Below, one piece after another: positions 10,443-21,004 of a stretch of DNA of 64,000 nucleotides; position 1 is the first letter of the stretch; each line of letters begins with the position of its first letter. The stretch lies in contig JAFGGO010000074.1 in the NCBI GenBank assembly GCA_016930515.1, positions 1 through 64,000 of the forward strand. The letters run 5' to 3'. The translations under genes were made by a program, and so were the position numbers. This stretch comes from Promethearchaeota archaeon (GTDB lineage Archaea; Asgardarchaeota; Lokiarchaeia; Sigyniarchaeales; SOKP01). The notes under the pieces are model-generated. The model made no database searches and had not been told where the DNA came from. It saw nothing but the letters and a program-made list of their open reading frames with translations.

Positions 10443-11620
10443 AAATGGTTGACGACGACTTATATGCCAAATTAGGCGCTTCCTCGAAAAAGGAGGCCGT
10501 TCACGATGCGATTAAAACAATTGATAAAGGATTGTATCCTGGAGCCTTCTGCAAAATCGTAAGCGACATAAGCAATAGAGGGGAATACTGTTCAATTTTT
10601 CATTCTGACGGAGCGGGTACTAAATCAAGCCTTGCTTACATGTATTACAAGGAAACGGGAGATCCTTCTGTTTTCGAAGGAGTTGTTAAAGACGCAATTG
10701 TCATGAATATTGATGATGTGCTATGTGTTGGTGTAACAGATAATGTATTTATATCGAATAATTTAGGACGAAATAGTCGATATATATCTGGACAAATAAT
10801 ATCAATTATTATAAAGGAATACGAGCGCTATTGTAAGGAGTTAACTGAAATGGGAATGAACCTCTTATTATGTGGAGGAGAAACTGCTGATGTTGGAGAT
10901 CTCGTCAGAACGCTTATTATAGACGCATCCGTTTTTGCAACTATCCCTAAAAAGGATATTATTGACGCAAGTAAGATTAAATCCACGGACGTTATAGTTG
11001 GGCTAGCAAGCGATGGAAAATCAACCTACGAAAAAGAGTATAATAGCGGTATAGGATGTAATGGCTTGACACTCGCCAGACACGGTACTCTTTCCCATGA
11101 TTATTACAAGAAATATCCAGAAGCTTTTGATCCAAAATTAGAAGAAAAATATGCATTTTTTGGAACTCATTTCCTGCAAGACCCCATTAAAGATATCAAT
11201 TTAACTGTAGGACAAGCTTTGTTATCACCTACAAGAACTTATGCTCCTATAATATCAGAAGTATTAAAAGAAATTAGGAGTGAGATTCACGGTATAATAC
11301 ACAACACGGGAGGTGGTCAATTAAAATCGCTTAATTTTGGAACAGGAATAAAATATGTTAAAAATGATTTATTTAAAATTCCTAGCGTTTTTAATTTAAT
11401 AAAAGAATCGTCAGGTACTTCTTGGAAAGAAATGTATTCCGTATTTAATATGGGGCATAGGATGGAATTGTTCTGTGACGAATCAATTGCTAAAGAAATT
11501 ATCGAGATAGCAAACAAATATAGTGTCAATTCTAAAATCGTTGGATATTGTGAATCTTCGAACTCTAGGAAGAATTTATTAGCAATAGAATCTGAATATG
11601 GTAAATTTGAATACTCCTAA
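10439..11620 (+). CDS. purM: Phosphoribosylformylglycinamidine cyclo-ligase (AIR synthase)
   Basis: DGAGTKS, GGETADVGDLV, NGLTLARH, PTRTY, HNTGGG, VFNMGHR; coupled to purB. Confidence 0.9.
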   Translation: MKMVDDDLYAKLGASSKKEAVHDAIKTIDKGLYPGAFCKIVSDISNRGEYCSIFHSDGAGTKSSLAYMYYKETGDPSVFEGVVKDAIVMNIDDVLCVGVTDNVFISNNLGRNSRYISGQIISIIIKEYERYCKELTEMGMNLLLCGGETADVGDLVRTLIIDASVFATIPKKDIIDASKIKSTDVIVGLASDGKSTYEKEYNSGIGCNGLTLARHGTLSHDYYKKYPEAFDPKLEEKYAFFGTHFLQDPIKDINLTVGQALLSPTRTYAPIISEVLKEIRSEIHGIIHNTGGGQLKSLNFGTGIKYVKNDLFKIPSVFNLIKESSGTSWKEMYSVFNMGHRMELFCDESIAKEIIEIANKYSVNSKIVGYCESSNSRKNLLAIESEYGKFEYS

Positions 11621-11635
11621 AAAGAGAGAATTTCA

Positions 11636-12589
11636 ATGAAGACTTTTGATGTTATATCAATTGGGGCTGCTTTAGTAGATATGATTGCGAGTGTCGAGAG
11701 ATATCCGCTTGAAGACGACGAAGTGTATGTTTCTGACTTAAAAGTAATATCAGGAGGGGCTGCGGCTAATACGGCTTATGCCTGCGCGAAACTCGGGCTC
11801 AATACCGCTTTTATCGGCAAGATAGGAGAAGACGATGCCTTTGGTCAAAAGATCATCTATGATTTTAAATCAGTCTCTGTAAATATATCTTTGATTAAAC
11901 ATAGTACTAAAGTAGGTACCGGTTCTGCGTATGTTGCCTTAAATAAAACAGGTGATAGACGGATTTATGCCTATAGCGGAGCAGCTAACGAGCTTTCAAA
12001 AGAAGATATTAACGAGAAAGAATTAACTCTCTCAAAAGTAATATTTCTCAGTAGTTTGCGTAATATAGAGCCATTTTTAAAAGCAGCAAAAACTGCCAGA
12101 GAACATAATATTTGCTCGATTTTAAATCCTGGCATGTTGATTATTGAACAGGGTTTTGATAAAATATCTCGATTACTCAAGTATATAGATATTTTAATCA
12201 TTTCTAAAAGAGAATATTGTTGCTTAATGGGCTTAGAGGATCTAGATTTAGACGCTACTGTATTGAAGGAAATTCCTAAAGTTTTTCAAGATTTAGGAAT
12301 ATTAGCGCTTATCATTACTTTAGGTAGTGAAGGTGCATTTCTTCTCACGTGTAGTTATTCGAAGATCATTCCTCCTCGTAAAGTTGATAAGGTTGTTGAC
12401 ACAACAGGGGCGGGTGACGCGTTTTCAGCGGGATTTATTTATGGATTTAACCAAAACCCTGGATTTGAAATCAAAAAGCTGGAAAGAAACATAAAGATCG
12501 GTTGTATTGTAGCTACTTGTTGTATTCAGAGCTTGGGTGCGAGAAATGGGCTCCCTGGAGAGAAGGAAATAAAAAAACTTTTAATGTGA
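11636..12589 (+). CDS. PfkB/ribokinase-family carbohydrate kinase
   Basis: GGAAANTA and DTTGAGDAF signatures. Confidence 0.92.
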   Translation: MKTFDVISIGAALVDMIASVERYPLEDDEVYVSDLKVISGGAAANTAYACAKLGLNTAFIGKIGEDDAFGQKIIYDFKSVSVNISLIKHSTKVGTGSAYVALNKTGDRRIYAYSGAANELSKEDINEKELTLSKVIFLSSLRNIEPFLKAAKTAREHNICSILNPGMLIIEQGFDKISRLLKYIDILIISKREYCCLMGLEDLDLDATVLKEIPKVFQDLGILALIITLGSEGAFLLTCSYSKIIPPRKVDKVVDTTGAGDAFSAGFIYGFNQNPGFEIKKLERNIKIGCIVATCCIQSLGARNGLPGEKEIKKLLM

Positions 12590-12636
12590 AGGAAAAATTA
12601 CCATTATAAAAACTAATATATTCCAACTTGAGAGCT

Positions 12637-13692
12637 ATGATAGAGCAAGAGAAAAAAAGTTATAGTAAATTAGTTGAAGATAGAACCTATTTTTTTATTG
12701 AAATTTTAATTGTTTTCATCGTAACCATTTTTTTTCTCATACCATCATTCCTCGTTGAATTTTTTATTGATAACAACTCAATATTTTTTGCCCCACTATT
12801 TTTTTCGACTAAAGCATTAGGAATTTTATTTGGAATCCCAGTTTCGTTGCTAATAGTACAAAAATTGGGAAAATTTAGTACCGAAAGCCCGCGTTTTCAA
12901 TCAAAAGTTAATCTATGGATTGGACACTTGAAATTATTCAAAATTTCAAAAAGCAACGTAAAATTTCAGCTATTGTTTGGTTTGCTCTTACTTTTTCTAA
13001 TTTTCATACCTGTTGATTTTATTACTTCACTATTGATTCCTGAAGTATTGGATTATCAGGCGGTAATGTTAACATCAGATCCAAAAGGAAATTATTTCTT
13101 AGAAGACTTTCAAATATTTATAATATCAGCCATAATCATTCATATTTCCGTGGCAATTATTGAAGAATCTATTGCAAGAGGATTAATCGCAAAAAGAGGG
13201 GCTGAAAACTTACCGATAATCTCTGCCGTTTTGATCTCCTCTATTTATTTTGGATTAGGTCACTTTACATATTTATTAAATCCTTTAAGTTCTAATTATC
13301 CAATATGGTTCCCATTTATTTGGTTCGTGGAAACCTTTGGCATTGGAGTAATCTTGGCTTTATTTATTATTAAAAAAAAGTGGATTTTTCCAGTTATTTT
13401 TGCGCATGCTCTCAATAACATTATATCAGCATTTAGCATATGGTATTGCTTGCAAGGTTTCGAGTTTTTCTATCTTACAATCTTCATGTATGTTCCTTTA
13501 TTAGTTATTAGTATTATATTATTAGTAATTAATTTTAAACGCATAAAAGAAAGCATCAAAACTGGATTTAGCATGTTAGGAAATATTTCTAAAGACGAAA
13601 GGAAACCTAAATCATTGGATGTTTTAATCACCATCATGCTAGATTTTGTTTTTGCGTGCTTGATCTTCCTAGTTGGTATCCTTATTATTTAG
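12637..13692 (+). CDS. CPBP/CAAX-family intramembrane metalloprotease
   Basis: EE..ARG, FGLGH, HALNN motifs in a multi-TM protein. Confidence 0.85.
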   Translation: MIEQEKKSYSKLVEDRTYFFIEILIVFIVTIFFLIPSFLVEFFIDNNSIFFAPLFFSTKALGILFGIPVSLLIVQKLGKFSTESPRFQSKVNLWIGHLKLFKISKSNVKFQLLFGLLLLFLIFIPVDFITSLLIPEVLDYQAVMLTSDPKGNYFLEDFQIFIISAIIIHISVAIIEESIARGLIAKRGAENLPIISAVLISSIYFGLGHFTYLLNPLSSNYPIWFPFIWFVETFGIGVILALFIIKKKWIFPVIFAHALNNIISAFSIWYCLQGFEFFYLTIFMYVPLLVISIILLVINFKRIKESIKTGFSMLGNISKDERKPKSLDVLITIMLDFVFACLIFLVGILII

Positions 13693-13708
13693 AATGGAGT
13701 TAATCTTA

Positions 13709-14239
13709 ATGGTAAAATTTGGAGTATTATCTGATACTTTTATTTCAGATTCTGATGAGGTTAAAACTAGAGACCTATTGATACAAATTGCAAAAATTTT
13801 CAAGGGAGTGGATTATGTCTTGCATTTAGGGAATGTCTATGCCTCGGGATTTTTAGATGGTCTTAATCAAATGGCCCCTGTAAGATGCGTTCGCGGAGAA
13901 TTAGACGATATAAAACACTTGGTCGATTTCATTTCGTTCTCTGTAGGACCTTACAAGATTGGAATGATTCACCAACCTCCAAACGATTTAAACGAATTTA
14001 TACGTAAAAATCAACTTAGAATTCTCATTCACGGCAAAACTTGCGTGCCACTAATCGAAAGCACTTCAAGTAATGTTCTTATTTTGAATCCAGGTTCTCC
14101 AACTCATCCAAAAGCACCCCCACAAAAAAAAGGATTTAATAAACCAATAGCAAGACCGAGCGTGATGATAATTGAGATTAATGACAAGAATTACATGCTT
14201 TCAATATTTTTAATAAATTTAGAAGAAAAAAACTCTTGA
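13709..14239 (+). CDS. YfcE/Vps29-like metallophosphoesterase-fold protein with degenerate metal ligands
   Basis: GVLSDT, LHLG, VRG, IGMIH, LIHG.T, ILNPGS spacing matches the family; most ligands substituted. Confidence 0.8.
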   Translation: MVKFGVLSDTFISDSDEVKTRDLLIQIAKIFKGVDYVLHLGNVYASGFLDGLNQMAPVRCVRGELDDIKHLVDFISFSVGPYKIGMIHQPPNDLNEFIRKNQLRILIHGKTCVPLIESTSSNVLILNPGSPTHPKAPPQKKGFNKPIARPSVMIIEINDKNYMLSIFLINLEEKNS

Positions 14240-14309
14240 TGAGTTAAAATTAAATACTAAAGAAATTTTATTATTTATATCGTAATTATTTAGCGAGCAT
14301 GTGAATTTT

Positions 14310-14708
14310 ATGGTATCCAAACTTGAAATGATATTAAAGGAACTAAACGAGAACGGTAACTTTCGAGCATCGCTTTTTTCAACAGATACGGGCTTGGTAT
14401 TGTCTTCTCAAAAAGCTGATGATATTGACGAGAAGATCGTAGCCGCCATGGCAACCTTACTGAGCGACGCTGCCTATGCTGCTTCTGAAGACTTAAAATT
14501 ATCTGAAATGACCAGTATTAAGATAAAATATAGCGACGATTTAATCATTTGCCGGAACATATCCATGCCGTCTGCCGATACAAATTTCGTACTAGCAGTC
14601 TTGTCTAAATTGCCCGACTCGGACGATGTAGAAAAATACTTCGATTCCCTCTTAGATTGGGCGATAGAAAACAGTCAAGCGGATTTACAAAAGCTCTCAA
14701 GTATTTAG
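14310..14708 (+). CDS. Roadblock/LC7-domain protein
   Basis: About 130 aa; SLFSTDTGLVLSS...EKIVAAMATLL pattern. Confidence 0.8.
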   Translation: MVSKLEMILKELNENGNFRASLFSTDTGLVLSSQKADDIDEKIVAAMATLLSDAAYAASEDLKLSEMTSIKIKYSDDLIICRNISMPSADTNFVLAVLSKLPDSDDVEKYFDSLLDWAIENSQADLQKLSSI

Positions 14709-14719
14709 AAGCTTTTTTC

Positions 14720-15352
14720 TTACTTTTTATTTAATGATCCACAAAATTCAAGAACCTTTTCAGCAACTTCACTTTCGTAGCCCATATAAAGATGATCGGC
14801 ACCCTTTATAATGTGTTTAATTTTAGGTTCTTGATAAAAGTCGAAATGATGTTGAAAGTTTGAATAGAACGCAATCTGGTCTTTATCACCTTGTATGAAA
14901 AGTTTAGGTTTGGTGGTCTGTGAAAGTTTTTTATATTCTCCTCCCATAAAATCCCAGGGAAATGATATTGCTATATATCCCAAAACATTAGCGCATCTAG
15001 CAACTACAGAACATCCTATTGCGGCACCATAAGAATACCCACAGACGATTAATTTATCTTGATTTTTATTGTGTATCAAGAAATTCAAGCATGCAGTAAC
15101 GTCTTTAAGCTCGCCTAAACCAGCCGTGTGTATTCCAGTAGATAATCCTACACCTCGAAAGTTAAATTTCAGACAGGATATGTTGTTATTAATTAACGCG
15201 TCAAAGACGGCTAATACAACATTATTATTAAAATTACCACCATAGAGAGGATGCGGATGACAAATTAATACGGCAGGTTCTTTATTTGTCCGGGATTCAA
15301 AGTATCGTGCTTCCAGTGTTATTTTATCGTTTTGAATGAATACTTTTTCCAT
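14720..15352 (-). CDS. Alpha/beta hydrolase
   Basis: HPHPLYGG, FNFRGVG, GYSYG nucleophile, GDKD, GADH. Confidence 0.9.
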   Translation of the reverse strand: MEKVFIQNDKITLEARYFESRTNKEPAVLICHPHPLYGGNFNNNVVLAVFDALINNNISCLKFNFRGVGLSTGIHTAGLGELKDVTACLNFLIHNKNQDKLIVCGYSYGAAIGCSVVARCANVLGYIAISFPWDFMGGEYKKLSQTTKPKLFIQGDKDQIAFYSNFQHHFDFYQEPKIKHIIKGADHLYMGYESEVAEKVLEFCGSLNKK

Positions 15353-15390
15353 AGTTTTATTTAGGCTTTGAAACTATTAAATCTTGATCG

Positions 15391-16245
15391 ATGCATTACA
15401 ATAAAATCGTTATAAAACGCAAACTTAAGGAGTTTATCGAAGAAGATTGTCAATTTAAGGATTGTAGCTCTGATTTCATTCCTGAAACCGACACATCTTC
15501 GGCAAGAATAATTAGTAAAAGCGAAGGATACATCTCGGGTCTTGAGGAGCTTGAGATTCTATTTGGACTGCTTAAAGTGAACATATTGTTAAAAAAAAAA
15601 GATGGAGATAGCGTTTCTAACGGTGATTTAATCGCAGAATTAAACGGTCTTACAAGGAACATCCTTCTTGGAGAAAGAATTGGTCTTAACTTATGCACTC
15701 ACATGAGCGCAATCACTTCGACAACCAAGAAATTTACTAATATAGTTAAGGAAGCGAATAAAAATACAAGAATTGCCTGCACGCGAAAAACTCTTCCCGG
15801 ACTTCGCATTTTTGAAAAGAAAGCCGTTGAGATTGGAGGAGGAGAAACTCATCGGTTTTCATTAGACGACATGATTCTTTTAAAAGACACGCATCTAAAA
15901 TATCGAAACGGAGATTTAGCTGGATTGCTTGAGGATGTAAAAAAAAAAGCAAGCTTTTCAAAAAAGATCGAGGTTGAAATAGAAAAGATAAACGATATAG
16001 TGACTGCTGCAAAAAATGGAGCGGATATCGTCATGCTCGATAACATGACGCCTAAAGAGGTTAAGGAGGCTATTAACTTATTAGAAAATCAAGGTTTAAG
16101 GAATAAAATTCTTATTGAAGTGTCTGGGGGCATTAATTTCAATAATTTTAGGGCATACTTAGATGCAGAACCGGATATCATAAGCACGAGCGAACTAACT
16201 CAGAATCCGTTCTTAAGAGTTGATTTATCGCTTAGATTTAATTAA
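15391..16245 (+). CDS. nadC: Nicotinate-nucleotide pyrophosphorylase (carboxylating)
   Basis: TRKTLPG, HRFSL.D, KDTH, EVE, MLDN, EVSGG. Confidence 0.93.
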   Translation: MHYNKIVIKRKLKEFIEEDCQFKDCSSDFIPETDTSSARIISKSEGYISGLEELEILFGLLKVNILLKKKDGDSVSNGDLIAELNGLTRNILLGERIGLNLCTHMSAITSTTKKFTNIVKEANKNTRIACTRKTLPGLRIFEKKAVEIGGGETHRFSLDDMILLKDTHLKYRNGDLAGLLEDVKKKASFSKKIEVEIEKINDIVTAAKNGADIVMLDNMTPKEVKEAINLLENQGLRNKILIEVSGGINFNNFRAYLDAEPDIISTSELTQNPFLRVDLSLRFN

Positions 16246-16267
16246 TAAGATCTTTCAGATTTAAGAT

Positions 16268-16660
16268 TCAATCAATTATTATCTCGTGGATTGAACAAGT
16301 AACATCTCGGATATTTGATAATTTTTGGTGCAAATCCTTAATGATTCCAAATTCTCCTACGGTTAGAATGGTTTCGATTTTTTTTTCTGCAATCCTCCAA
16401 TCAGAAACTGTTTTAATAACAGAAGAAAATTGAGAAAATAGTTCGGTAATTTCATCAGTTGTTACCTCTTTCAATGGATAAACGAGGTTAATGGTCATTA
16501 TTTTATAACCGTCCATATTTTCGAAATTTTCGTGATTTTCAATAAAATTCACGATCGCACTCCTTAATGCCTCACTTTTTGATTGAAAGCCACTTTTTCT
16601 CCTAACAATCTCGAATCTTTCTAATAATTCGTCCGTTACTTGTAAAGATATGATCGGCAT
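16268..16660 (-). CDS. NikR-like ribbon-helix-helix regulator
   Basis: N-terminal IISLQV...SKSEALRSAI RHH plus ACT-like C-domain. Confidence 0.8.
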   Translation of the reverse strand: MPIISLQVTDELLERFEIVRRKSGFQSKSEALRSAIVNFIENHENFENMDGYKIMTINLVYPLKEVTTDEITELFSQFSSVIKTVSDWRIAEKKIETILTVGEFGIIKDLHQKLSNIRDVTCSIHEIIID

Positions 16661-16877
16661 TTATATTATCACTTGAAATGTTTTTTGAGATTAAGATTAA
16701 TAGTTATTTTAATGTATAGATAAAGTATTCCACATTTAATGAATTGATATATTTTTTTCTTACTAATTAAATACTTGATTGTCGATTTTTTTACATTGAA
16801 AAAGATAGAAGAAATTATTTAGCATAGTTTCCTTTACTATGGATATATAATCATATAACACTGTCAAGGCAAAAATT

Positions 16878-18395
16878 ATGTATATCGCAGCATTCGATTT
16901 AGGAACGACGGGATGTAGGACATTCATCTACGATATAAATGGTACCGTTAAGGCAAGCAGTTACAAAGAATGGAATAGCTATTTCCCCGCACCTTCTCAT
17001 GTTGAACAACTCGCTGGTATGTGGTGGACATCTTTAAAAGAAACTATTAAAAACGCCATTAAAAAGGCTAAAATTTTACCTTCCGAAATTGCCAGTTGTT
17101 CGGTTACAAATCAGAGAGAAACAATAGTACCTATTTCCAAAGATGGAAAACCCTTACATAACGCATTGGTTTGGCAAGATAGAAGAACTATTAATCAAGT
17201 AAAACTCATCGAAAAACAGGTAGGAGTGGAAAAAATATACAAAACTACAGGCCTTACTATTGATCCGTATTTCTCCTTGACAAAAATACTTTGGTTTAAG
17301 GAAAAGAAGCCTGAAATTTACAATAAAACCTGGAAATTCATGTTGGTTAGCGATTTTATCATTTATAAATTAACGGGTAAGTGCGTAAGCGATCACAGCA
17401 ATGCAAGCAGGACGATGTTATTCGATATTAGAACCCAAAAATATTCAGAAGAGATAGCAGCGGCAATGGAAATTGATCTAGATAAGATGCCCGAAGCTAT
17501 AGAAAGTGGAACGCTGGTCGATAATATTAATTCACCAGAATCAGGCTTGAATAAAAATACTTTAGTCATATCTGGATCGGGAGATCAGCAATCTGCTGCT
17601 TTGGGTGTTGGAGCAACCTCTCCAGGCGATATTAAATGCACGACGGGGACAGGAAGCTTCATTTTAGCATATTTAAAAAAACCGTCTTTTGATCCAAAAA
17701 GAAGAGTACTCTGCAGTTGCCATGCAATAAAAAACGCCTGGGTTCAAGAAGCAAGCATTTTTACCACGGGAGCAGCCTTGAAGTGGTTTCGCGACGAAAT
17801 CGGACATGTTGAATGCGAGAGAGCTGGAAATAACGAAGATCCCTACAAAATAATTGATAAAGAAGCGTCAAAATCTCCTTTAGGAGCAAATGGATTACTA
17901 ATACTCCCACATTTAGTAGGCGCTGGAGCCCCTTATTGGAACCCCCACGCAAGAGGGGTTTTGTTTGGTTTGTCCTTAGGCCATAGAAGAAGAGATCTCT
18001 ATAGAGCCGTATTGGAAGGCGTGGCTTATGATGTCAGGAGGAATATAGAAGTTTTTAAAGAATTAGGAATAATTCCATCAGAATTGAAATTAACAGGTGG
18101 GGGTGCTCGGTCGGATTTATGGAATCAAATTTTCTCAGATGTGATCAATGTTACATGTGTTAGAAATTCAATTGAGGAGTCAACATCATTAGGCGCTGCA
18201 ATACTGGCGGCTTACGGAGCAGGAATATTTTCTGATATAAAAAAAGCAGCAGGAGAATTGTGTAAGGTCGATAAAAAATGGTACCCAGACGAGAAATCCT
18301 TTAATAAATATTCTAAGTTATGTGATTTTTCGACGGAACTATTCGAATCCTTGATGCAAAATAACACATACAAGAAATTTTTAAATCTGATATAG
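16878..18395 (+). CDS. FGGY-family carbohydrate kinase (xylulose/glycerol kinase-like)
   Basis: DLGTT, TNQRET, WQDRR, SNASRT, GDQQ, TGTG, GAPYW. Confidence 0.93.
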   Translation: MYIAAFDLGTTGCRTFIYDINGTVKASSYKEWNSYFPAPSHVEQLAGMWWTSLKETIKNAIKKAKILPSEIASCSVTNQRETIVPISKDGKPLHNALVWQDRRTINQVKLIEKQVGVEKIYKTTGLTIDPYFSLTKILWFKEKKPEIYNKTWKFMLVSDFIIYKLTGKCVSDHSNASRTMLFDIRTQKYSEEIAAAMEIDLDKMPEAIESGTLVDNINSPESGLNKNTLVISGSGDQQSAALGVGATSPGDIKCTTGTGSFILAYLKKPSFDPKRRVLCSCHAIKNAWVQEASIFTTGAALKWFRDEIGHVECERAGNNEDPYKIIDKEASKSPLGANGLLILPHLVGAGAPYWNPHARGVLFGLSLGHRRRDLYRAVLEGVAYDVRRNIEVFKELGIIPSELKLTGGGARSDLWNQIFSDVINVTCVRNSIEESTSLGAAILAAYGAGIFSDIKKAAGELCKVDKKWYPDEKSFNKYSKLCDFSTELFESLMQNNTYKKFLNLI

Positions 18396-18513
18396 CCAGC
18401 AAACTCCACATAATTGAATTTAAAAAATGATTTAAGGAAACCATACTTAAAATTTTAATAGTTGTTTTCTAATAATATATTTACTTATCAAAAAAAAATG
18501 GTGCGAGAGATTC

Positions 18514-19104
18514 ATGGAAGAAATTGATGGAATTAAATATTCAAAACTGCAGATTCAGGCGGCAACATTATTTTATGTGGTCTTGGTTATTGCTTGCATA
18601 ACCACCATCGCAGGAGGAGTTTTTCTAATCTCAGAATTAATATTAGGACCTACGGGGAAATTAGCGTTGTTATTAAGCTTACAAAAAGGTTGGTTGATAG
18701 TAATTTTTGGAGCGTTATTTGCAGGATTATTTTTTCTTTTAGTATTGTTTTATGGCTTGTTTAAAAGAGGTAGGAATTGGATAATAATAAAAGCATTCAA
18801 ACCTAAAGTAATCCCCGATCCCCTGGCGAAAAGTAGAATAGAAATCAAGTTAGTCGTATATATACTTTTATTTTTCTTGGTTGTGGTTATATTTGGCTTA
18901 TTATTCGCTGTAGTTAGCGAAGTATTAAGTTATGTTGGAGGATCTACTACTTCTCTAGTTTCAAACCTCACCGTGGGACCATTACTATTGATTATAGGGA
19001 TCCTAGTTTTGATCTTTGACGGACTTTGTATCTTTGTTATATTTTTTGTAAAAAACGGTTATTACCTAATTCTTAGACTAATTGGAGGATTAGAAAAGGA
19101 TTAA
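18514..19104 (+). CDS. Hypothetical membrane protein (about 4 TM, two similar halves)
   Basis: Four hydrophobic segments; clean ORF with ATG start. Confidence 0.7.
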   Translation: MEEIDGIKYSKLQIQAATLFYVVLVIACITTIAGGVFLISELILGPTGKLALLLSLQKGWLIVIFGALFAGLFFLLVLFYGLFKRGRNWIIIKAFKPKVIPDPLAKSRIEIKLVVYILLFFLVVVIFGLLFAVVSEVLSYVGGSTTSLVSNLTVGPLLLIIGILVLIFDGLCIFVIFFVKNGYYLILRLIGGLEKD

Positions 19105-19225
19105 AAATCATTTTTCCTTTTATTTTTCTTTTTTTGTCAATTAGAAAATTCGCTCTCTTTCCTGACTTATTAAGGCGAGAACTTAATGTTTTCCTTAAAA
19201 TTGTTTTAAAATGGATTAGTTTTTC

Positions 19226-20740
19226 ATGAAAGATAAAATAGGAACCGTATTCAATTATAATCAATTACCGGATGTTTCGAGGTTTCCCTTCATAATTAGC
19301 CTTAAAAAAAAGCGAGGACTTGTAAGAAAAGGGCAATTTGTTTGTACTGAATCTGAGGAAGGTTTTTTAATGGGAATGGTTGAAAAGATCCTAATTTTAA
19401 ACGAATATTTTTCAGACGCCCTTACCATAAAGGCATATAACGACAATAATAATCCTAACATTTTAAAAGGTCTTTTTCCAAGCGAAGATTTTGAATTTTC
19501 CATAGCCATAGTTAAGAACCTTGGAATAATCTTGCTCGGAGATATTGATGATTCTAAAATTGAAAAAATAAATAGAATGACATATCCAGCTAGGCCAGGA
19601 GCGGAAGTATATTTAGTTAGTGATGAAATATTAAGCTCTTTTTTAGGATTTGATTTACAAAATGGTTTAAGAATTGGATCGTTGAAGGTATCGAATACTG
19701 AAGTAAAATTAAACCTAGATCGTTTATTAGGAAAGCATTTAGGAATTTTAGCAATCTCAGGTGCGGGAAAGAGTTATTTAACGTCCGTTCTTGTTGAGGA
19801 ATTGCTATCATCTAATAGTGGAGGATCTCCAGCGATCTTTTTAATTGATGTACACGGAGAATATACTTATTTAAAAGAAATCCCTGAATTAAAAGATAAA
19901 ATAATAGTACAAGATGCAAGTTTTTTCCAAATCGCAGTTCCAATCATGAATGCTCAATCTTTTAGAAAGGTTCAAAACGAAATATCTACAGTTCAGTTAA
20001 GAGAATTATCAAAACACATAAAAAAATTAAAAAAAACTAAAAAAAATTATTCCATTCCAGACATCATACAATATCTCGAAGAGGAACAAGAAGGCAATAA
20101 AAGCTCAAGGCAAGCTTTAATAGGATGGCTCGAAGAATTGCATTACCTACGATTATTTGGTCCGTCAGAAAACCCACTGTTGAAGAATATCATAAAGCCC
20201 CAAAAACTAATCATATTCAACCTTCAAAGCGAGATAAACATTAGGAAAAAACAAATAATGGTTGATTATATTTGTTCTCGCATGTTTTACATGAGACGTA
20301 TGAACGAAATTCCTCCATTTTTATTAATTATAGAAGAAGCACACCAATTTTCCCCAGAAGCAGCTCATTCAAAAGCGATTTCGAAATCAATAATTGAAAC
20401 TATAGCGCGAGAAGGGAGGAAATTTATGGCTTGTTTGTGCTTGATAAGTCAGAGACCCAAAAAATTAAGCACCACAGCTCTTTCCCAATTAAATTCCAAG
20501 ATGATATTAAATATCAAGAATCCTTACGACTTAAAACATCTCATGGAAAGTTCAGAAGCAATAACAAAAGATTATGCAGATATGATTTCGAGTTTAGGCG
20601 TGGGAGAGATGTTGCTGATGGGTAATGCCATTAATTATCCTGTTTTTATAAACATAAGACAAAGGTCATACCCCCCTAAAAATAAGGACATAAACCTATC
20701 ACAGGCTTGTCTTAATTGGCAAGAAAAGGAATTATTCTAG
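19226..20740 (+). CDS. HerA/FtsK-family ATPase (DUF87)
   Basis: HAS-barrel-like N-terminus, AISGAGKS, DVHGEY, EEAHQF, REGRKF, SQRP. Confidence 0.88.
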   Translation: MKDKIGTVFNYNQLPDVSRFPFIISLKKKRGLVRKGQFVCTESEEGFLMGMVEKILILNEYFSDALTIKAYNDNNNPNILKGLFPSEDFEFSIAIVKNLGIILLGDIDDSKIEKINRMTYPARPGAEVYLVSDEILSSFLGFDLQNGLRIGSLKVSNTEVKLNLDRLLGKHLGILAISGAGKSYLTSVLVEELLSSNSGGSPAIFLIDVHGEYTYLKEIPELKDKIIVQDASFFQIAVPIMNAQSFRKVQNEISTVQLRELSKHIKKLKKTKKNYSIPDIIQYLEEEQEGNKSSRQALIGWLEELHYLRLFGPSENPLLKNIIKPQKLIIFNLQSEINIRKKQIMVDYICSRMFYMRRMNEIPPFLLIIEEAHQFSPEAAHSKAISKSIIETIAREGRKFMACLCLISQRPKKLSTTALSQLNSKMILNIKNPYDLKHLMESSEAITKDYADMISSLGVGEMLLMGNAINYPVFINIRQRSYPPKNKDINLSQACLNWQEKELF

Positions 20741-21004
20741 CTCGTGCATTATTTCTTCTCTAATTTCCATATTGTTCTTATTAAGCACAATCATGTTTTT
20801 ATTCTTGCTAACTCGGAATACATTAATAATATTCCTACTTTCGAGTTTTAAGTAAATTTCTTCGAGCAGATAGGAATTTACATAAGGAAATTCTTTTTTA
20901 AGCAGTTCTTCTAATCTTTTATCCATAATTTCCCCCTTGTTTCGAATGAGCAGGTCAATAATTGTATTCACGACTGGTTTTTGATTCCAACGTTGCGATT
21001 CGAT
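20732..21004 (-). CDS. Small winged-helix-like protein, probable ATC start
   Basis: Frame extends upstream of GTG 20971 to ATC 21004, 6 nt after AGGTGA; helix-helix-helix-beta-hairpin pattern (LESRNIINV). Confidence 0.6.
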   Translation of the reverse strand: MESQRWNQKPVVNTIIDLLIRNKGEIMDKRLEELLKKEFPYVNSYLLEEIYLKLESRNIINVFRVSKNKNMIVLNKNNMEIREEIMHELE

